From Eledone cirrhosa (Eukaryota), in contig OZ024741.1 in assembly GCA_964016885.1 (NCBI GenBank), positions 131,254,001 through 131,318,000 of the forward strand: a stretch of DNA of 64,000 nucleotides, read 5' to 3'. The position numbers and the translations under genes are program-made. Under the pieces are notes generated by a model. It saw only the letters and a list, made by a program, of their open reading frames with translations, was not told the origin of the DNA and searched no databases. Below are positions 1 to 12,565 of this stretch, piece after piece (positions within the stretch are counted from its first letter, which is position 1; each line of letters starts with the position of its first letter).

Positions 1-1824
1 GTGCTAGCAAAGAGGTTGGCGCTTGTCGTTGGTGGTCTGGTGGGAGAGGCACAGACATGCGCCATTCCCGACAGATCCATCCACGACAACCTCCACCTCA
101 TGCGATACATCGTAGAGAGGGTAGCTAGGGAACCTGGCACGGGTGGGTCTTTGATCAATTTAGATCAGTCGAAAGCCTTCGATAGGGTCGACCATCGTTA
201 CCTAGCGGCAGTCCTGAGGGCGGCTGGCTTTGGGCCCGTCTTCAGAAGCTGGATCGCTGCCATGCACAGCGACATCTGCTCTGTAGTGAGAGTGAACGGT
301 CACCTTTCGGAACCGTTCAACATCATGCGCTCGGTCCGCCAAGGATGTCCCCTCTCGTCCCTATTGTACGTATTGACTCTCGAGCCATTACTGCACAAAC
401 TGGAGACGTTGAGGGGGGTCCCGCGCGAACTAGGATGCGGAAGATCCGTGTCAGCATATGCCGACGATGTCACCGTAGTGGTGTCGAGCGCCAAACACAT
501 CGAGGCGATCGGCACTACACTAAGAGAATACGAAGCGGTGACAGGAACAATGATCAACCAGGAAAAGTCAGTGGGCCTGCAGCTCGGCACCTGGAGAGGC
601 AGGTCCATGCCGTCCAACAGCGTCGTCGGGCGCTGGACGGACGGACCGGTTAAATTGCTAGGGGTCTGGTTCGGTCCAGACCTCCAGACGGACAAAAACT
701 GGGACGAGGTGACGAGCAGGGTGGCTTCTCTCACCCAGAAATTGGCCGAGAGGAAGCTATCCCTGAAAGGTCGAGCGGAGGTGGCGAATGCGTACATCGC
801 ATCCGTCATCTACTACCGCCTGACCGTCGTACCTTGTCCTAAGCCCCGCCTGACTGCGCTGGAGCGTTTGCTCTTTCGCTTCTTGTGGAAGGGACGCGCT
901 CCGATGGTCAGGCGGTCCATCTGCTGTCAACACCCGCTACGTGGAGGGCTGGGCATGCCGTGGCTGATGATGCGCAGACACGCGCTCAGGCTACGACATC
1001 TCCACCTCTTCCTCAACGGTGATCAGGTGTGGTCGCCGTTTGCAAGACACGTTTTTCCCCAGCTCGTCTCCTTGACGGAGCTGCAGTCCTGGGTCAAGCG
1101 AAGACCGAGAGGGAGCGCTTGGAGACTGGAATGTCTTCAGGCGCTCACAGCCCTCGACCAATCGGGCAATGTGATCGGTGGAAACTCCACCTTGGCGTTC
1201 TATAGGGGATTAGTGGAGGGGAAGAGCGACGACGTACTTGGAGAAACTCTAGGCGTCGACGAAAATCAACTAGCCAATCTCTTCGGAAGGACTTTCGGGC
1301 CGGGGCCTATGGACAACTTCCAGAAATCCCTGGCCTGGCAGTGCTACCGAGGAGCTTTGCCAGTTCGGGATAAACTCTACAGGCATGGAGGTGCCGTCAG
1401 CCGGGCATGTCCGAGATGCGCGCAGGGCGACGAAACCGTCCTGCACGCACTCGTCCAGTGTCCGAGCATTGCTGACTTGTGGGTTTATGTCGAACACCTG
1501 CTGTCACGTGTAGGACCTATCCAGCTATCAGCTGAGTCCATCGTGAGGATTGCCCCGCCCCCTTCCTTTAGCCTGGAAGGGCAGGCAGTTTTTATCTGTC
1601 TGGTGGCCATGGCGAAAGAGATAGTATGGTGGACACGTTTGAAAGGGCTGAAGACGAGCACTTACCTCTTCGGTGATGCCCTGATTAACTTTTTCAAATT
1701 TCATTTGAAAAGGAAAATCAGGGTAGAGAGGGAAGTGCTCTCTTCCCAGCATTTTGTTGAAAGATGGGTGAGAGAAGCAAGTATGGCCCGAATGAATGGG
1801 CCTTCTCTGAGTATGTGTCTGTAA
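1..1824 (+). CDS. Tx1/L1-clade non-LTR retrotransposon ORF2, 5'-partial (reverse transcriptase plus C-terminal zf-RVT)
   Basis: Open 607-aa frame with RT motifs LDQSKAFDRVDH, VRQGCPLSSLLY and YADD, a KLLGVWF thumb region, and C-terminal CPRC...ETVLHALVQC. Confidence 0.95.
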   Translation: MLAKRLALVVGGLVGEAQTCAIPDRSIHDNLHLMRYIVERVAREPGTGGSLINLDQSKAFDRVDHRYLAAVLRAAGFGPVFRSWIAAMHSDICSVVRVNGHLSEPFNIMRSVRQGCPLSSLLYVLTLEPLLHKLETLRGVPRELGCGRSVSAYADDVTVVVSSAKHIEAIGTTLREYEAVTGTMINQEKSVGLQLGTWRGRSMPSNSVVGRWTDGPVKLLGVWFGPDLQTDKNWDEVTSRVASLTQKLAERKLSLKGRAEVANAYIASVIYYRLTVVPCPKPRLTALERLLFRFLWKGRAPMVRRSICCQHPLRGGLGMPWLMMRRHALRLRHLHLFLNGDQVWSPFARHVFPQLVSLTELQSWVKRRPRGSAWRLECLQALTALDQSGNVIGGNSTLAFYRGLVEGKSDDVLGETLGVDENQLANLFGRTFGPGPMDNFQKSLAWQCYRGALPVRDKLYRHGGAVSRACPRCAQGDETVLHALVQCPSIADLWVYVEHLLSRVGPIQLSAESIVRIAPPPSFSLEGQAVFICLVAMAKEIVWWTRLKGLKTSTYLFGDALINFFKFHLKRKIRVEREVLSSQHFVERWVREASMARMNGPSLSMCL

Positions 1825-2066
1825 ATTAAAGGTGGAAAACTGGGAGAGGGCACTTGCCCTGGTGGTCAGGGCCACTGTGGTCTTTTAATGGGCTTTCTCC
1901 ACAAATGTCCCTTGGAAGTCTCCCCCCTATTGGGGAATTTTTCTTTGTTATTTTATTTCAACCTCTGTTTTTTTACACGCAGAAATGCCCATTTGTACCG
2001 TCCTGTATTGTCCTGTACTGTCCTTAATGTCTACTTTATGTGAACCCTTGTGGTTAATAAAGAAAA

Positions 2067-2067
<1 letters not shown>
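1..2067 (+). mobile_element. Tx1/L1 LINE 3' end with 3' UTR
   Basis: ORF2 stops at 1824, AATAAA lies at 2056-2061, and an (ATT)n tract follows from 2068. Confidence 0.85.

Positions 2068-2121
<54 letters not shown>
2068..2121. repeat. (ATT)n microsatellite
   Basis: Direct reading. Confidence 0.95.
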
Positions 2122-5100
2122 GTTCTTTGAGTCACAGTCATTGATGTTAGTTAACTGGAAAGTTTGTTGAAATGCCCGCCCAGCCAGTGGGATGGCGTCT
2201 TCTTATGGTTAAAACAGCACGAAGAAAAGGGCCTCAGTACCCTGCGCGTCAATCGGGCCATTACACGACGGCGGAGTGCAACCCGAGCGACGAGAGGCTG
2301 CTAAGAATCACAGGTTCCCGAAGGCCGCCAAGGAACAGGACTAACTTTGCCCCATATGCACCTACAACTGCAGGTCTTTGGCAGGGGGGCAAGGACTGAA
2401 CCACCTCATGGAGGAGAAGAAGAAGATCAGGTGCGACGTGTTAGGGCTGTGCGAGACCCGCCAGAAGAAGGAGGCGAGTTTACGATGGCAAGATGGATGC
2501 GCCTTGAGACTCGGGAAAGCAGAGGGTGCCAGATCGGTCGGATGTAAGGAATGGGCTTCGAAGGTCGCTTCTTGCCAGTTCATATCGTCACGGATTGGTG
2601 TACTGAACGCGAACCTCTCAGGGAAGGCCACCCTCACGATCGTCCAGACCTACGCTCCCACAAGTGCCAGCGACGACGATGAGGTGGAAGAATTCTATCG
2701 CCAGCTAGACAAAGTGCTAGCTGTGAAGTCCACTTACACCGTCGTGATGGGAGACTTCAACGCAAAGGTCGGACAGGGACGGCAAGGGGAAAAGTATGTT
2801 GGAAGATTCGGCCTAGGAGAGCGAAATGAGAGAGGAGAGCGTCTGGTCACCATGGCGGAGGTGAGACGGTTCTACATCGGAAACAGCCTATTCAGAAAGA
2901 AGGAGAAGAGATGGACCTGGGTATCGCCAAATTTTGAGCACCGAAACGAGATTGACTACATCTTGGTCGACAAGCGACGCATACTACAGGACGTCTCCGT
3001 CATAACGCCATTCAACACTGGCAGTGATCATCGTCTGGTGAGAGCGAGGGTCGTCATCGACCGGACGAGGGAGAAGAACGCGCTGCATTTGGCGTCGAAG
3101 GGAGAATGCGTCCGGGTCTTCAACGAGGCGCAGCTGCAGGAAGCAGGAAAAGTGGCGTCAAGGAGACGGCATAGACGCTGACTACGACTCACTGATAAGG
3201 AAACTGAAGGAGTGCTTGAGGAAGGCTAAGGGTGTGTGCCCGAGGGAGTGGAAGAGAAGAGTCTCGGAGGAAACTATGAAGTTGCTTAAGAAGAGGAAGA
3301 ATATGAAGAGGACACCTGAAAATCACCTCGAATATTCCCTTCTCAACAGAGTGATACGTCAACAAATGAAGAGTGAATTCGAGGCATACCGGATGGAGAA
3401 GCTCCTGAAGGCCGCAAAGGAAAAGAAGGGCCTCAAGAAATGCGAAAGGGACATGACAATGTACAGATCGGAGGTGACGACCCAGAAAAACACAGCTGGA
3501 GTACCGGTCAGCGACAAGAGTGAGGTGGAAAAGGTTTGCGAAGACTTCTACACTAAGCTCTTCAAGTCTGCCGGGAATGTGCAGCCGTTGCCGTCACTCC
3601 AACAGGAAGAAAATGTGCCACCCATCCTTGTCGGTGAGGTCGAAAGAGCCGTCGGCTTGATGAAAAGCGGAAAGGCGCCAGGGAAAGACGGCATAACATC
3701 GGAGGTGTTGAAGTCAGGCGGAGAGCAGCTCTGGAAAATCCTCGCCGAGCGATTCACACACTATCTTGACGAGGGAAGAATACCCTCGCAGTGGAAAGAG
3801 TCGAATACCATCCTGCTATACAAGAACGGCGATAGAGAAGATCTGAAGAACTACCGACCCATATGCCTGCTGTCTCACGTGTACAAGCTGTTCACGAAGA
3901 TAATCCTGATCAGGTTATCACGTCATCTGGACGAACAGCAACCGAGAGAGCAAGCCGGCTTCCGGAAAAACTACAGCACGATGGACCACATATTTATTCT
4001 GACACAACGGCTTGAGCGAGCAAAAGAGTACAAGATGCCTCTGCGTCGCGTTCGTAGACTACGAGAAGGCCTTCGACAGCGTCGAAATCAATGCAGTCCT
4101 GAACTCGCTGCAGAGGCAAGGAGTCGAGGCGCAATACGTTCAACTGCTCAGGGAGGCGAGTTCCGGATGCACCACCGACATCTGCTGTCATCACCCGTTC
4201 AAGTGCCGGTCGAGAAGGGAGTGAAGCAAGGAGATACGATCTCTCCAAAACTTTTCACCGCGTGTCTCGAGCAGATCATCAGAGGCATTGACTGGCAAGG
4301 TGGTGTCAACATCAACGGCGAGATACTTACCCACCTCCGTTTCGCTAATGACATCGTGCTCACGCTGAAACCGCGGATCAGCTTCAGACCATGCTGACGG
4401 AGCTCGACATCAAAAGCTCTGCAGTAGGCCTCAAGATGAACCGCATGAAAACGAAGTTCATGCGGTCCGACAACGTACCAACAGGTCGAATGGTGGTTGG
4501 CGGTGATGAAATAGAGGAGGTGGAGGAGGTGGAGGAATACGTCTACCTGGGACAAGAAGTGAACATGCGCCGAGACATTGAGAGGGAGATCTCGCGGAGA
4601 GTAAGGGCCGGATGGAAGGCGTTCAACGGCATAAGGGATGTGCTCAAGGGGAGGTTGGACAAGACCACCCGCGCCAACCTCTTCAATAGCACAGTTTTAC
4701 CTGCAATGTTATATGGCAGTGAAACTTGGGCTACAACGAAGAGAGAAGAGCAGAGGCTGGTAACGGCTCAAAGAGCCATGGAGAGATCAATGCTAGGAAT
4801 CTCGTTGAGAGAGCACATCAGGAGCGAAGTCATCAGACAGAAGTCCGGCGTGAGGGACGTCATCACGGAATATATGCGCAGCAAGTTCAGATGAGCTAGA
4901 CACGTCGCCTGGTTCACCGATAATCGGTGGACCCGCGCAGTTGCCGAGTGGTACCCGCGCGAGCGGAAACGACCACTCGGAAGGCCTCCATGAGGGTGGA
5001 GTTACGATTTTAAGAATACGATTGGGAATACATGGATGAGGAAAGCACGATCCAGAGAGGAATGGGCGGCGTGCTGTGACCAGCGGCGCTGAATGGACGC

Positions 5101-5130
5101 CCGACATACTGGTCAGTCAAGGTGATCAAG

Positions 5131-5134
<4 letters not shown>
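2122..5134 (+). mobile_element. RTE-clade LINE, near full length, disrupted by frameshifts and stops
   Basis: APE endonuclease motifs in 2378-3181 (LGLCETR, YAPTS, MGDFNAKVG, IDYILV, SDHRLV). RT in pieces across 3216-4894 (KAPGKDG, NYRPICLLS, FVDYEKAFDS, GVKQGDTISP, FAND for FADD, YVYLG). 3' short tandem repeat TCAAGGTGA x2 at 5117-5134. Confidence 0.93.
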
Positions 5135-5195
<61 letters not shown>

Positions 5196-5329
5196 CTTTT
5201 CAGACATTTAAATTCATAGAAAAGAAATCCCTTGATACTGAAGGCTGTTTTGATCCTTCAGCATTGTGTACTGTTGAGGGAAGCGTTGTAAGCTTCATTA
5301 AATAAGTGTTCCCCAATTTTCAAATTCCA

Positions 5330-5900
5330 ATGAGGAGCGACTATATCAAAGAGCAATTCTTGCCCCCCAAAACATCACAGTGAATACCATCAACAAAATC
5401 TCTCACAAATGATCCCTGGAGGTAGCTAGACCTATAAATCTATTGACAAAGTTTTCGACGGGGACGATGCTTTCCATTATTCTGTTGAATTTTTCAACAA
5501 TCTGGAACTGTTTGGTGTGCTGCCACACCACCTTGAATAGAGCAAAGTCACCTTAGAAACCTGGATCAGCCGAGATTGTGCAATGGGCGCATATGGTTGT
5601 GACTGAACTATAACCTCACATTATCGAAGCCAAAATCTTCACTGGATATGGTAAGGGATACATCGTATTTATATCTAGAATGCCGCTAATACCAACTGAT
5701 GACCTCTTTTTGTTTCAAACGATTGCAATTCCTAGTGAGAGTCAGTTACGCAATGACTATTAACAAGTCCCATTTTCAAACCCTGCAGGATTTCGGTCAG
5801 CATCTAGAAGAGGCTATTTCTCATATGCCCAATTGTATACAGGTTATTCCAGACTAGGAAGACCGCACAACTTCTGCATATATGCTCCAAAGAAAAAAGT
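5330..5900 (+). pseudogene. Helitron PIF1-helicase C-terminal remnant
   Basis: Degenerate translations in the expected order: RAILAPK, EFFNNLELFGVLPHHL, RNLDQPRLCNG, IEAKIFTG, VFISRMPLIPTD, KRLQFLVRVSYAMTINKS, QLYTGYSR. These match PIF1 motifs (RNL..GLCNG, FAMTINKSQG, QLYVALSR). Confidence 0.85.
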
Positions 5901-6196
5901 TAAAAGCATTATATATAATCACTGTTTAGGCCTTACTCCTGCCATGAATCTCTCCTTTGAATTCTTTATATACCATGACAGAGCATTTTCCTCCGACTTC
6001 ACACGCTTTTCCCAGCTAATGAAACTTTTCCCTCTTCTTTGCCGTGATAGATACCATTTTCAATGTCATCATTTTCCTGGCTTTTCTATCAAGTGCCTTA
6101 AGTTTATTACATTTCCACTCTATATTATAGAAATGATTTCTACATGACTAGAACAGTTTCGCTCGTAAGAAATCATTAGGATTCTACCTGCTATAT

Positions 6197-6234
<38 letters not shown>

Positions 6235-6237
6235 TCA

Positions 6238-6340
6238 CTTGGAGAGAGTTCAACGACTAGCGACACGAATGGTACAGGGTCTTCATGAGCTGCCCTACGA
6301 AAGCCGGCTGCAGAAGCTGAACCTCTTCTCCTTGGAGCGT
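6238..6340 (+). mobile_element. CR1-like LINE RT C-terminal fragment
   Basis: LERVQRLATRMVQGLHELPYESRLQKLNLFSLER, a typical CR1 C-terminal segment. Confidence 0.75.
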
Positions 6341-7764
6341 GTGTATACCCACTTACACATACATATACACATATCCACTTCGTACGGACGTATAACAAGC
6401 ACACACACACACACACACACACACAAACAAACACACACGCGTATAGCTCTATATACAAAACGATTATTTTCCCTTTCAAATAGACGCGGTCGATCACCAC
6501 CCTTTAAAACAAGATTATCTTCCATAAAACTCCAGCATCAACAGTTTTCCTAGAGATGGCGACATGAATGGACTTGTTTGTTGTCTCTAAAAATATTTCT
6601 TTCGTTTCCGCCACTGCTCGTCTCCGCAATCTTTCTATTTATTCTTTAATTTCTCATTTTGTTTTCTAATGAAAGGTTAGCGCCCGAATCTGTAAGACTC
6701 TTTTTCTACTAAAAAACTAATAATATATTTCTTCATAAACACAGATATATTTATTTTCTTGATTTATTCTTAAATTGAGTCTGGCAAACCCTATTGTCCA
6801 TAGTTAGTATCTTTTCCACTCTAGCGAATCTGGTCCCTTACGATTTGAACACATATATGTATATATCTGTGTTTATCTCTCTTTTATATTCAATTATACT
6901 ATACGGCTCGGAAAAATCTTTTTCCTTGAGCTATTTAATTGTAAGAAACTATTTTGAGTTTCTAACTCAATATAACAGAGAACAAAAAACAGAGAGGCTG
7001 TACAAATGATATGGTTTTAGTTTCACGCTTGAGAATGAGGGGGGAGGGGGGGACATATATATATATATATATTCATTTTTTTTTACTGATTTTAGTCAAA
7101 CGCTGCATTTTCCCCAACTTTCGAACACAAGCTGGTGATCTTTTTGTATGTGTGCTTGAGTATATGCATTTATGCATGCAAGTGGACATATATGTGCATT
7201 TGTGGGTGTGCATATGTATGTATATAGGTATGTATGTATGTATCTATGTCTCTATGTACATATGAATATGTATGTATGTATGTGTGTGTGTTTACCTTTC
7301 ACTTCCAACAGTAAACAATTGTACAAAGTGATAAGAGGCGGCATTTGCTGGAGGTCTATAATACGTGGAGACGTGACGTCCCCTAAGATCAAAGACCTCC
7401 CAATACATTACGCCGGAAATTAGGTTATCAGTACAACGACCGGGAAAGGCTGTCAACACCAGGGTGTCGTAGAGTCCTTTTAAACAGTTGAACGCCCTCA
7501 GAATGAACAAAATATAAGAGAACATACTCTAACCGCCAACATACGCAATTACACATACGCATGCACACATGCACACACTCACACACACACGCACACACGC
7601 ACACACGCACACACGCACACACACGAACACACACACACAAACATGCACATACGTATATATAAGTACTCATATAGATAAGTACATAAACATCCTTCATGAT
7701 ATGAGATGTTTTTGACTCATGTTTTTTTTATGTAAGTATACACATACACACACACACATACATG

Positions 7765-7848
<84 letters not shown>

Positions 7849-7982
7849 CTGTACTGATTGTGTTGTTATTTCTGTTTACCTTTTACATACATATATATAT
7901 ATACATATATAATATATATATATATATAGGAACGAGTAGGACCCCGACGGCTGAGCTCAAGCCGTTTCGACGGCTAATTCTG

Positions 7983-8086
<104 letters not shown>

Positions 8087-8113
8087 GGAGGGTGGGAAAT
8101 TGATAGATAGATA

Positions 8114-8167
<54 letters not shown>

Positions 8168-8172
8168 TATAT

Positions 8173-8494
8173 ATATTTAAAAAAAGGAAAATTATGACTT
8201 CATTTCTAGTTCTAAACAATTTGATATCATTTTATAATATTATAATACTATGAGTTGGTAGATCTAGTAAGTTCTTTGTTAACTTCGGTGGGAAGATGTT
8301 TAAAGATTCCTGGTTAACTGACGAATGCGAGAAAGTTATCCAGGAAAGTTAACCAGGAATCTTTAAAATTCTGCCCACCGAAGTTAACAAAGAACTTATT
8401 AGATCTACCAACTCATAATATTATAATATTATAAAATTAAATCAAATTGTTTAGAACTACAAGTAAAGTCATTCTTTTCCTTTTTTCAAATATA
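8173..8494. repeat. Long imperfect inverted repeat (about 145-bp arms, about 27-bp spacer) next to (TA)n
   Basis: 8173-8319 is the diverged reverse complement of 8347-8494, e.g. aagattcctggttaact / agttaaccaggaatctt. Confidence 0.9.
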
Positions 8495-8709
8495 CCTAAG
8501 TGTACCAAGGATTTCACACATTTTCCAATATATATATATTTACAGTATTCTTTCTGCCTTTGTTAATATTATAGCTTTAAATAATTAGCTTTTAATAAAC
8601 TCCCTTTTCTTTAAATCCTTCAACCAATGACCGCCAGCCATCCCGATCCCCACCCTCTCCTACCACCAGAAAAGAAAAGATATAAATACCACCACTTACT
8701 TGGACAGCC

Positions 8710-8760
8710 AGCTTCCTGATGATTTCTCACGAATGAAACAGTTCTAGTCCTGTAGAAGCT
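8710..8760 (+). ncRNA. Type I hammerhead ribozyme (Penelope pLTR-like)
   Basis: Stem I agcttc/gaagct, CTGATGA 8716-8722, stem II ttc-tcac-gaa, GAAA 8735-8738, stem III acag/ctgt, GUA cleavage triplet. Confidence 0.8.
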
Positions 8761-8799
8761 CTTCAATATTAAAACTATATATATATATATATATATAAT

Positions 8800-8933
8800 G
8801 ATTATTTCTGAAGACAGCATATATATGTGTAGGTATGTATATTCCCTCTGATAGTTTGTAAATTTTTTACATAGATCTATATGATATACATACCAACACT
8901 CACATATATCCTAGAAACGATGGTAAAATGCTG
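8800..8933 (+). ncRNA. Hammerhead-like fold with long stem II, diverged copy of 41320-41455
   Basis: CTGAAGA 8808-8814, about 99-nt hairpin, GAAA 8914-8917, cgatggta. Homologous to 41321-41510. Confidence 0.6.
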
Positions 8934-9100
8934 AATTTTTTAATATAAGGAACTGTTTCTTTGTTTTTATTCATTGTTTTTATTAATTTATCTTGACTCT
9001 GTTTTCCTGTGATTTTTTAATACATCTTCTCTTTTCATGATATTTGGATTACATTGAGTTCTTCATACGGATTGGACACTACCGTATATTTTGGTAGATT

Positions 9101-9205
<105 letters not shown>

Positions 9206-9469
9206 TCACACATATACATATATTCACATATGCATGAATATGTACGGACACACATACATAAATGTGTGTATGTATGTGCAATTCATCAATCTGTAGACAC
9301 AGATATGAATATTTGTAAATATTCCAATGTTACAAGCAAATACCATATTTAACTATAGAAAGAGGTAACGGCTTTGAGTGATAGTGTTCTATGAAGTTAC
9401 TGCTACGAGCTTGCAGATCATATTCGTTGATGTGAACTTATGCGTTCCTGTCGGCGAACAGGTATAGGT

Positions 9470-9806
9470 GAGTAGGGTATGGAATGGTCCCGTAACTCCT
9501 GATACAGTTTGAGGGTCGCCATATTGACATACGACGTTTCTTTGGCATTTTAGGCCTGACGGAGCCCATCCTTCTCTAGGACAGAGTACAGCAGATTTTT
9601 TCCTGAGACAGATAGAAAGTGACAGAAAGGAAGTGCGAAAGAGACACATGAAGAATCGATCCCTGTACTAGACTGGTACTTTTTTTTTATCGACCTCTAA
9701 AGGATGAAAGGCAAAGTTGACCTCGGTGGGATTTGAACTGAGAGAGCAATGAGCCGGAACGAATACCACAACACATTCTATCCGACGTTCTAACGACTCT
9801 GCTAAT
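9470..9806 (-). mobile_element. tRNA-derived SINE with 3' extension
   Basis: Reverse complement carries the B-box gttcaaatccc and the shared SINE body. The extension is homologous to 30200-30365 and 42015-42110. Confidence 0.75.
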
Positions 9807-10143
9807 AGATGAGTATTCAACGCCGAATATACATGCTGGCTCACGTGGGTGTGTATATATATATATATATATCTTAATAATTTTGAAAACCATACAATGC
9901 ATTAGATTGTAATCTTGATTTTCTTAGCGATCTTGATTTTCTTTTTAATGTATAAGTTAGTTAATCAAAGAAGGGGCATGCAGCATTACAAAAGTAAGAA
10001 ATGGCAAAATTACTCATGAAAAAACTCGCAATACGTGGGGCGATTGAATAAAAACATCTATCTTTCTTTTCAGCCACACGCTGGTCAATTTCGTTAATAA
10101 CGGTGGTTATATATACAGACACACACACACGCACACACACACG

Positions 10144-10219
<76 letters not shown>

Positions 10220-10329
10220 CCACTCAAGCGTGAAATTAATATTAACATTTTGTACTGCCTCTTCGCTTCCTTGTTGTTTTTTTGTTTTCTGTTTCAACTA
10301 TAATATGTATATATATATATATATATCGA

Positions 10330-11063
10330 CCACCACAACCAATGGATTCCACACCACCGGTCATCGTTCCAGCTATCCACTCCATAACGTAAATATATCC
10401 AGCAGCTCTTCGCACACTCGACGGAACTACCTTAGGAACTTACCCACGAACAAATACTCACATTTTTTTTCGAAACACGCCACCTACATCCACACCACGT
10501 ATAAACACAAACGTACACATGCTTACCCCCACATATACACACTCAGCCTCCGGAATCCACACGCCACCCTCCCCACCCTCTCCATCCACACGCACGTTCA
10601 CAGCGACTTACACCCCACCCCACGCACACACCTTTTCCTGAACATGGAACCTCGTTCTTCCCCGAACTCTCACATTCACATACACACGCGCGCACACACA
10701 CACGTACACCTACACACATACACAAACACCACCTTCAGCCCTCCCCTCTCGGACCCCCGCCTCCCTCTCCCAACTCCACCCGCCACCACCCCTACACGCC
10801 TCACACCCTTCCACCACTTGTTTATTTTTATGTTTATTTTAATTTTTATTTTTATTTGTACTCCTTCCTTCGTTTCCCCCCCCCCCCTTTCTAAATGTCT
10901 TTCCACCTCTCCCCACACACCCTCGGAACTCTCTTCCTACCCACTTTTCTCCTGATGAAGGGTTTATGCTCGAAACGTCGTTCCCCTCCCCCCACTCTCA
11001 AAAGCGTGAACCTAATAAACTCTTATTTGTACTGCCTCTCGGCTTTTGTTCCCGTCCAAGTTT

Positions 11064-11070
<7 letters not shown>
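10330..11070 (+). mobile_element. Penelope-like element 3' end (degenerate ORF end plus pLTR with minimal hammerhead)
   Basis: CTGATGA-agggtttatgctc-GAAA-CGTC at 10952-10979, then AATAAA near 11014. Upstream degenerate GIY-YIG-tail-like peptide (FHTTGH...HEQILTFF). Confidence 0.65.
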
Positions 11071-11124
<54 letters not shown>

Positions 11125-11320
11125 ACAGGGAGAAAGAGACGATTATGAGGAAGAAAAATAGATTATTTTCCTTTTTTTGTCTCTCTCTCTCTCTTTTCTG
11201 GGTTAGAAAATGATTAAAACGAAATGTTTTACTTTGTGTGAAGTGTATTAGTTGATTTATTTATTATTTTCATATATATATATATATATATATCCTAACT
11301 CGTGTGCCTCCTCTTCACAT

Positions 11321-11399
<79 letters not shown>

Positions 11400-11401
<2 letters not shown>

Positions 11402-11580
11402 TCATCATCATCATTCGTCGACTACTGTCGAGATGATGGATCTCACTCTCATGCCCCAGAATTCCCTGTCCCCCATCGCTGCCCCCAGGTCCTGTCTACT
11501 GATTCCCGTATCCCTAGAGATAACGTCAGGGAATGACAGCTTCCTACTCCTAGGCAGGCTGGAGTCAGGGTTCCAGAGCA
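11400..11580 (-). mobile_element. Probable LINE (RTE-like) 3' fragment with (ATG)n tail
   Basis: Short GC-richer segment between (TA)n tracts that ends in a (CAT)n tail. The family call is weak. Confidence 0.35.
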
Positions 11581-11612
<32 letters not shown>

Positions 11613-11779
11613 TTAATTTCACATTTATCAAACCATACTTGAAAACCGCGTTCTCAAGTATAGTTTGGTAATTGTTGTGAAATTAACTATATATCTTACC
11701 TGTCCTTTGGACTGAGTGCTCTATCAATTTCGATATAACCCTCTGATTTTTCACTACATTATATGTATAGGGCAGTGGA

Positions 11780-11962
11780 TTGGCAGTATCAGTAGAGGGT
11801 CGGACGTCATGTTTTGACGCGTAGAGTTACGGCCCTTTCCAATCTGAGTTCAAATCCCGCCAAGGTTAACTTTGCCGTTCATCCTTATGTGGTCGATATA
11901 AAATAAAGCACCAGTAATGCACTGGGATAATTGCTGGCCTTGTGCCAAAAGTAGAAACAATT
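11780..11962 (+). mobile_element. tRNA-derived SINE
   Basis: ctgagttcaaatcccgcc-aggttaactttgcc...gtcgat...aaataaag...ggccttgtgccaaaagtagaaacaatta, a body repeated many times in the window. Confidence 0.85.
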
Positions 11963-12295
11963 ATATATATATATATAACTTGTTTGCGTCTATAAGCATA
12001 AGAACATCTTTTTTTTTATGTAAGCCTAGGGTGTAAATATTTTTATTCATTGTCGGGTTGTGATTACATGATTATTCTCTGTTACTGCAGAGATTTTTGC
12101 ATTCATACGTATACTGCTGTGAGCATAACACACACACACTCACACATATCACCCAAGCACGCACACACAATCACACACTTACACAGATAAATAAAAGCAG
12201 ACAGAGTATCACACAGGTATTGGTGTTTAGCATGTATGCAAATGACTATAAATGTGCGACTGTATATGTGCGTGTTAACAGAATAGAAACACGCA

Positions 12296-12376
<81 letters not shown>

Positions 12377-12485
12377 ATATATACATATATACATATATAT
12401 AAGAGAGAGAGAGAGTGAGAGAGATGGAGAAAAGGAGGAGTAGGGGAGTAGAAATGTCTGGAAGACAGCATTAAGAGAAGAATCC

Positions 12486-12565
12486 CCAATAATGTGATCA
12501 GCCAATCAGAATGGTTAACACGCTAGAGTGACGTCAGACACGTGAAACGCTTGGCTGAGTCAGCA
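12486..12565. promoter_or_regulatory. Dense transcription-factor motif cluster (CCAAT x2, CRE, E-box, AP-1/MARE)
   Basis: CCAAT at 12486 and 12502, TGACGTCA 12529-12536, CACGTG 12539-12544, GCTGAGTCAGCA 12554-12565. Confidence 0.4.

Noticed and set aside
5696-5720. CTGATGA in the Helitron remnant
   Set aside because: It is coding-derived, with no downstream GAAA or stems.
9389-9649. Cys-containing minus ORF as a host exon
   Set aside because: Most of it is homologous to the SINE extension at 30200-30365.
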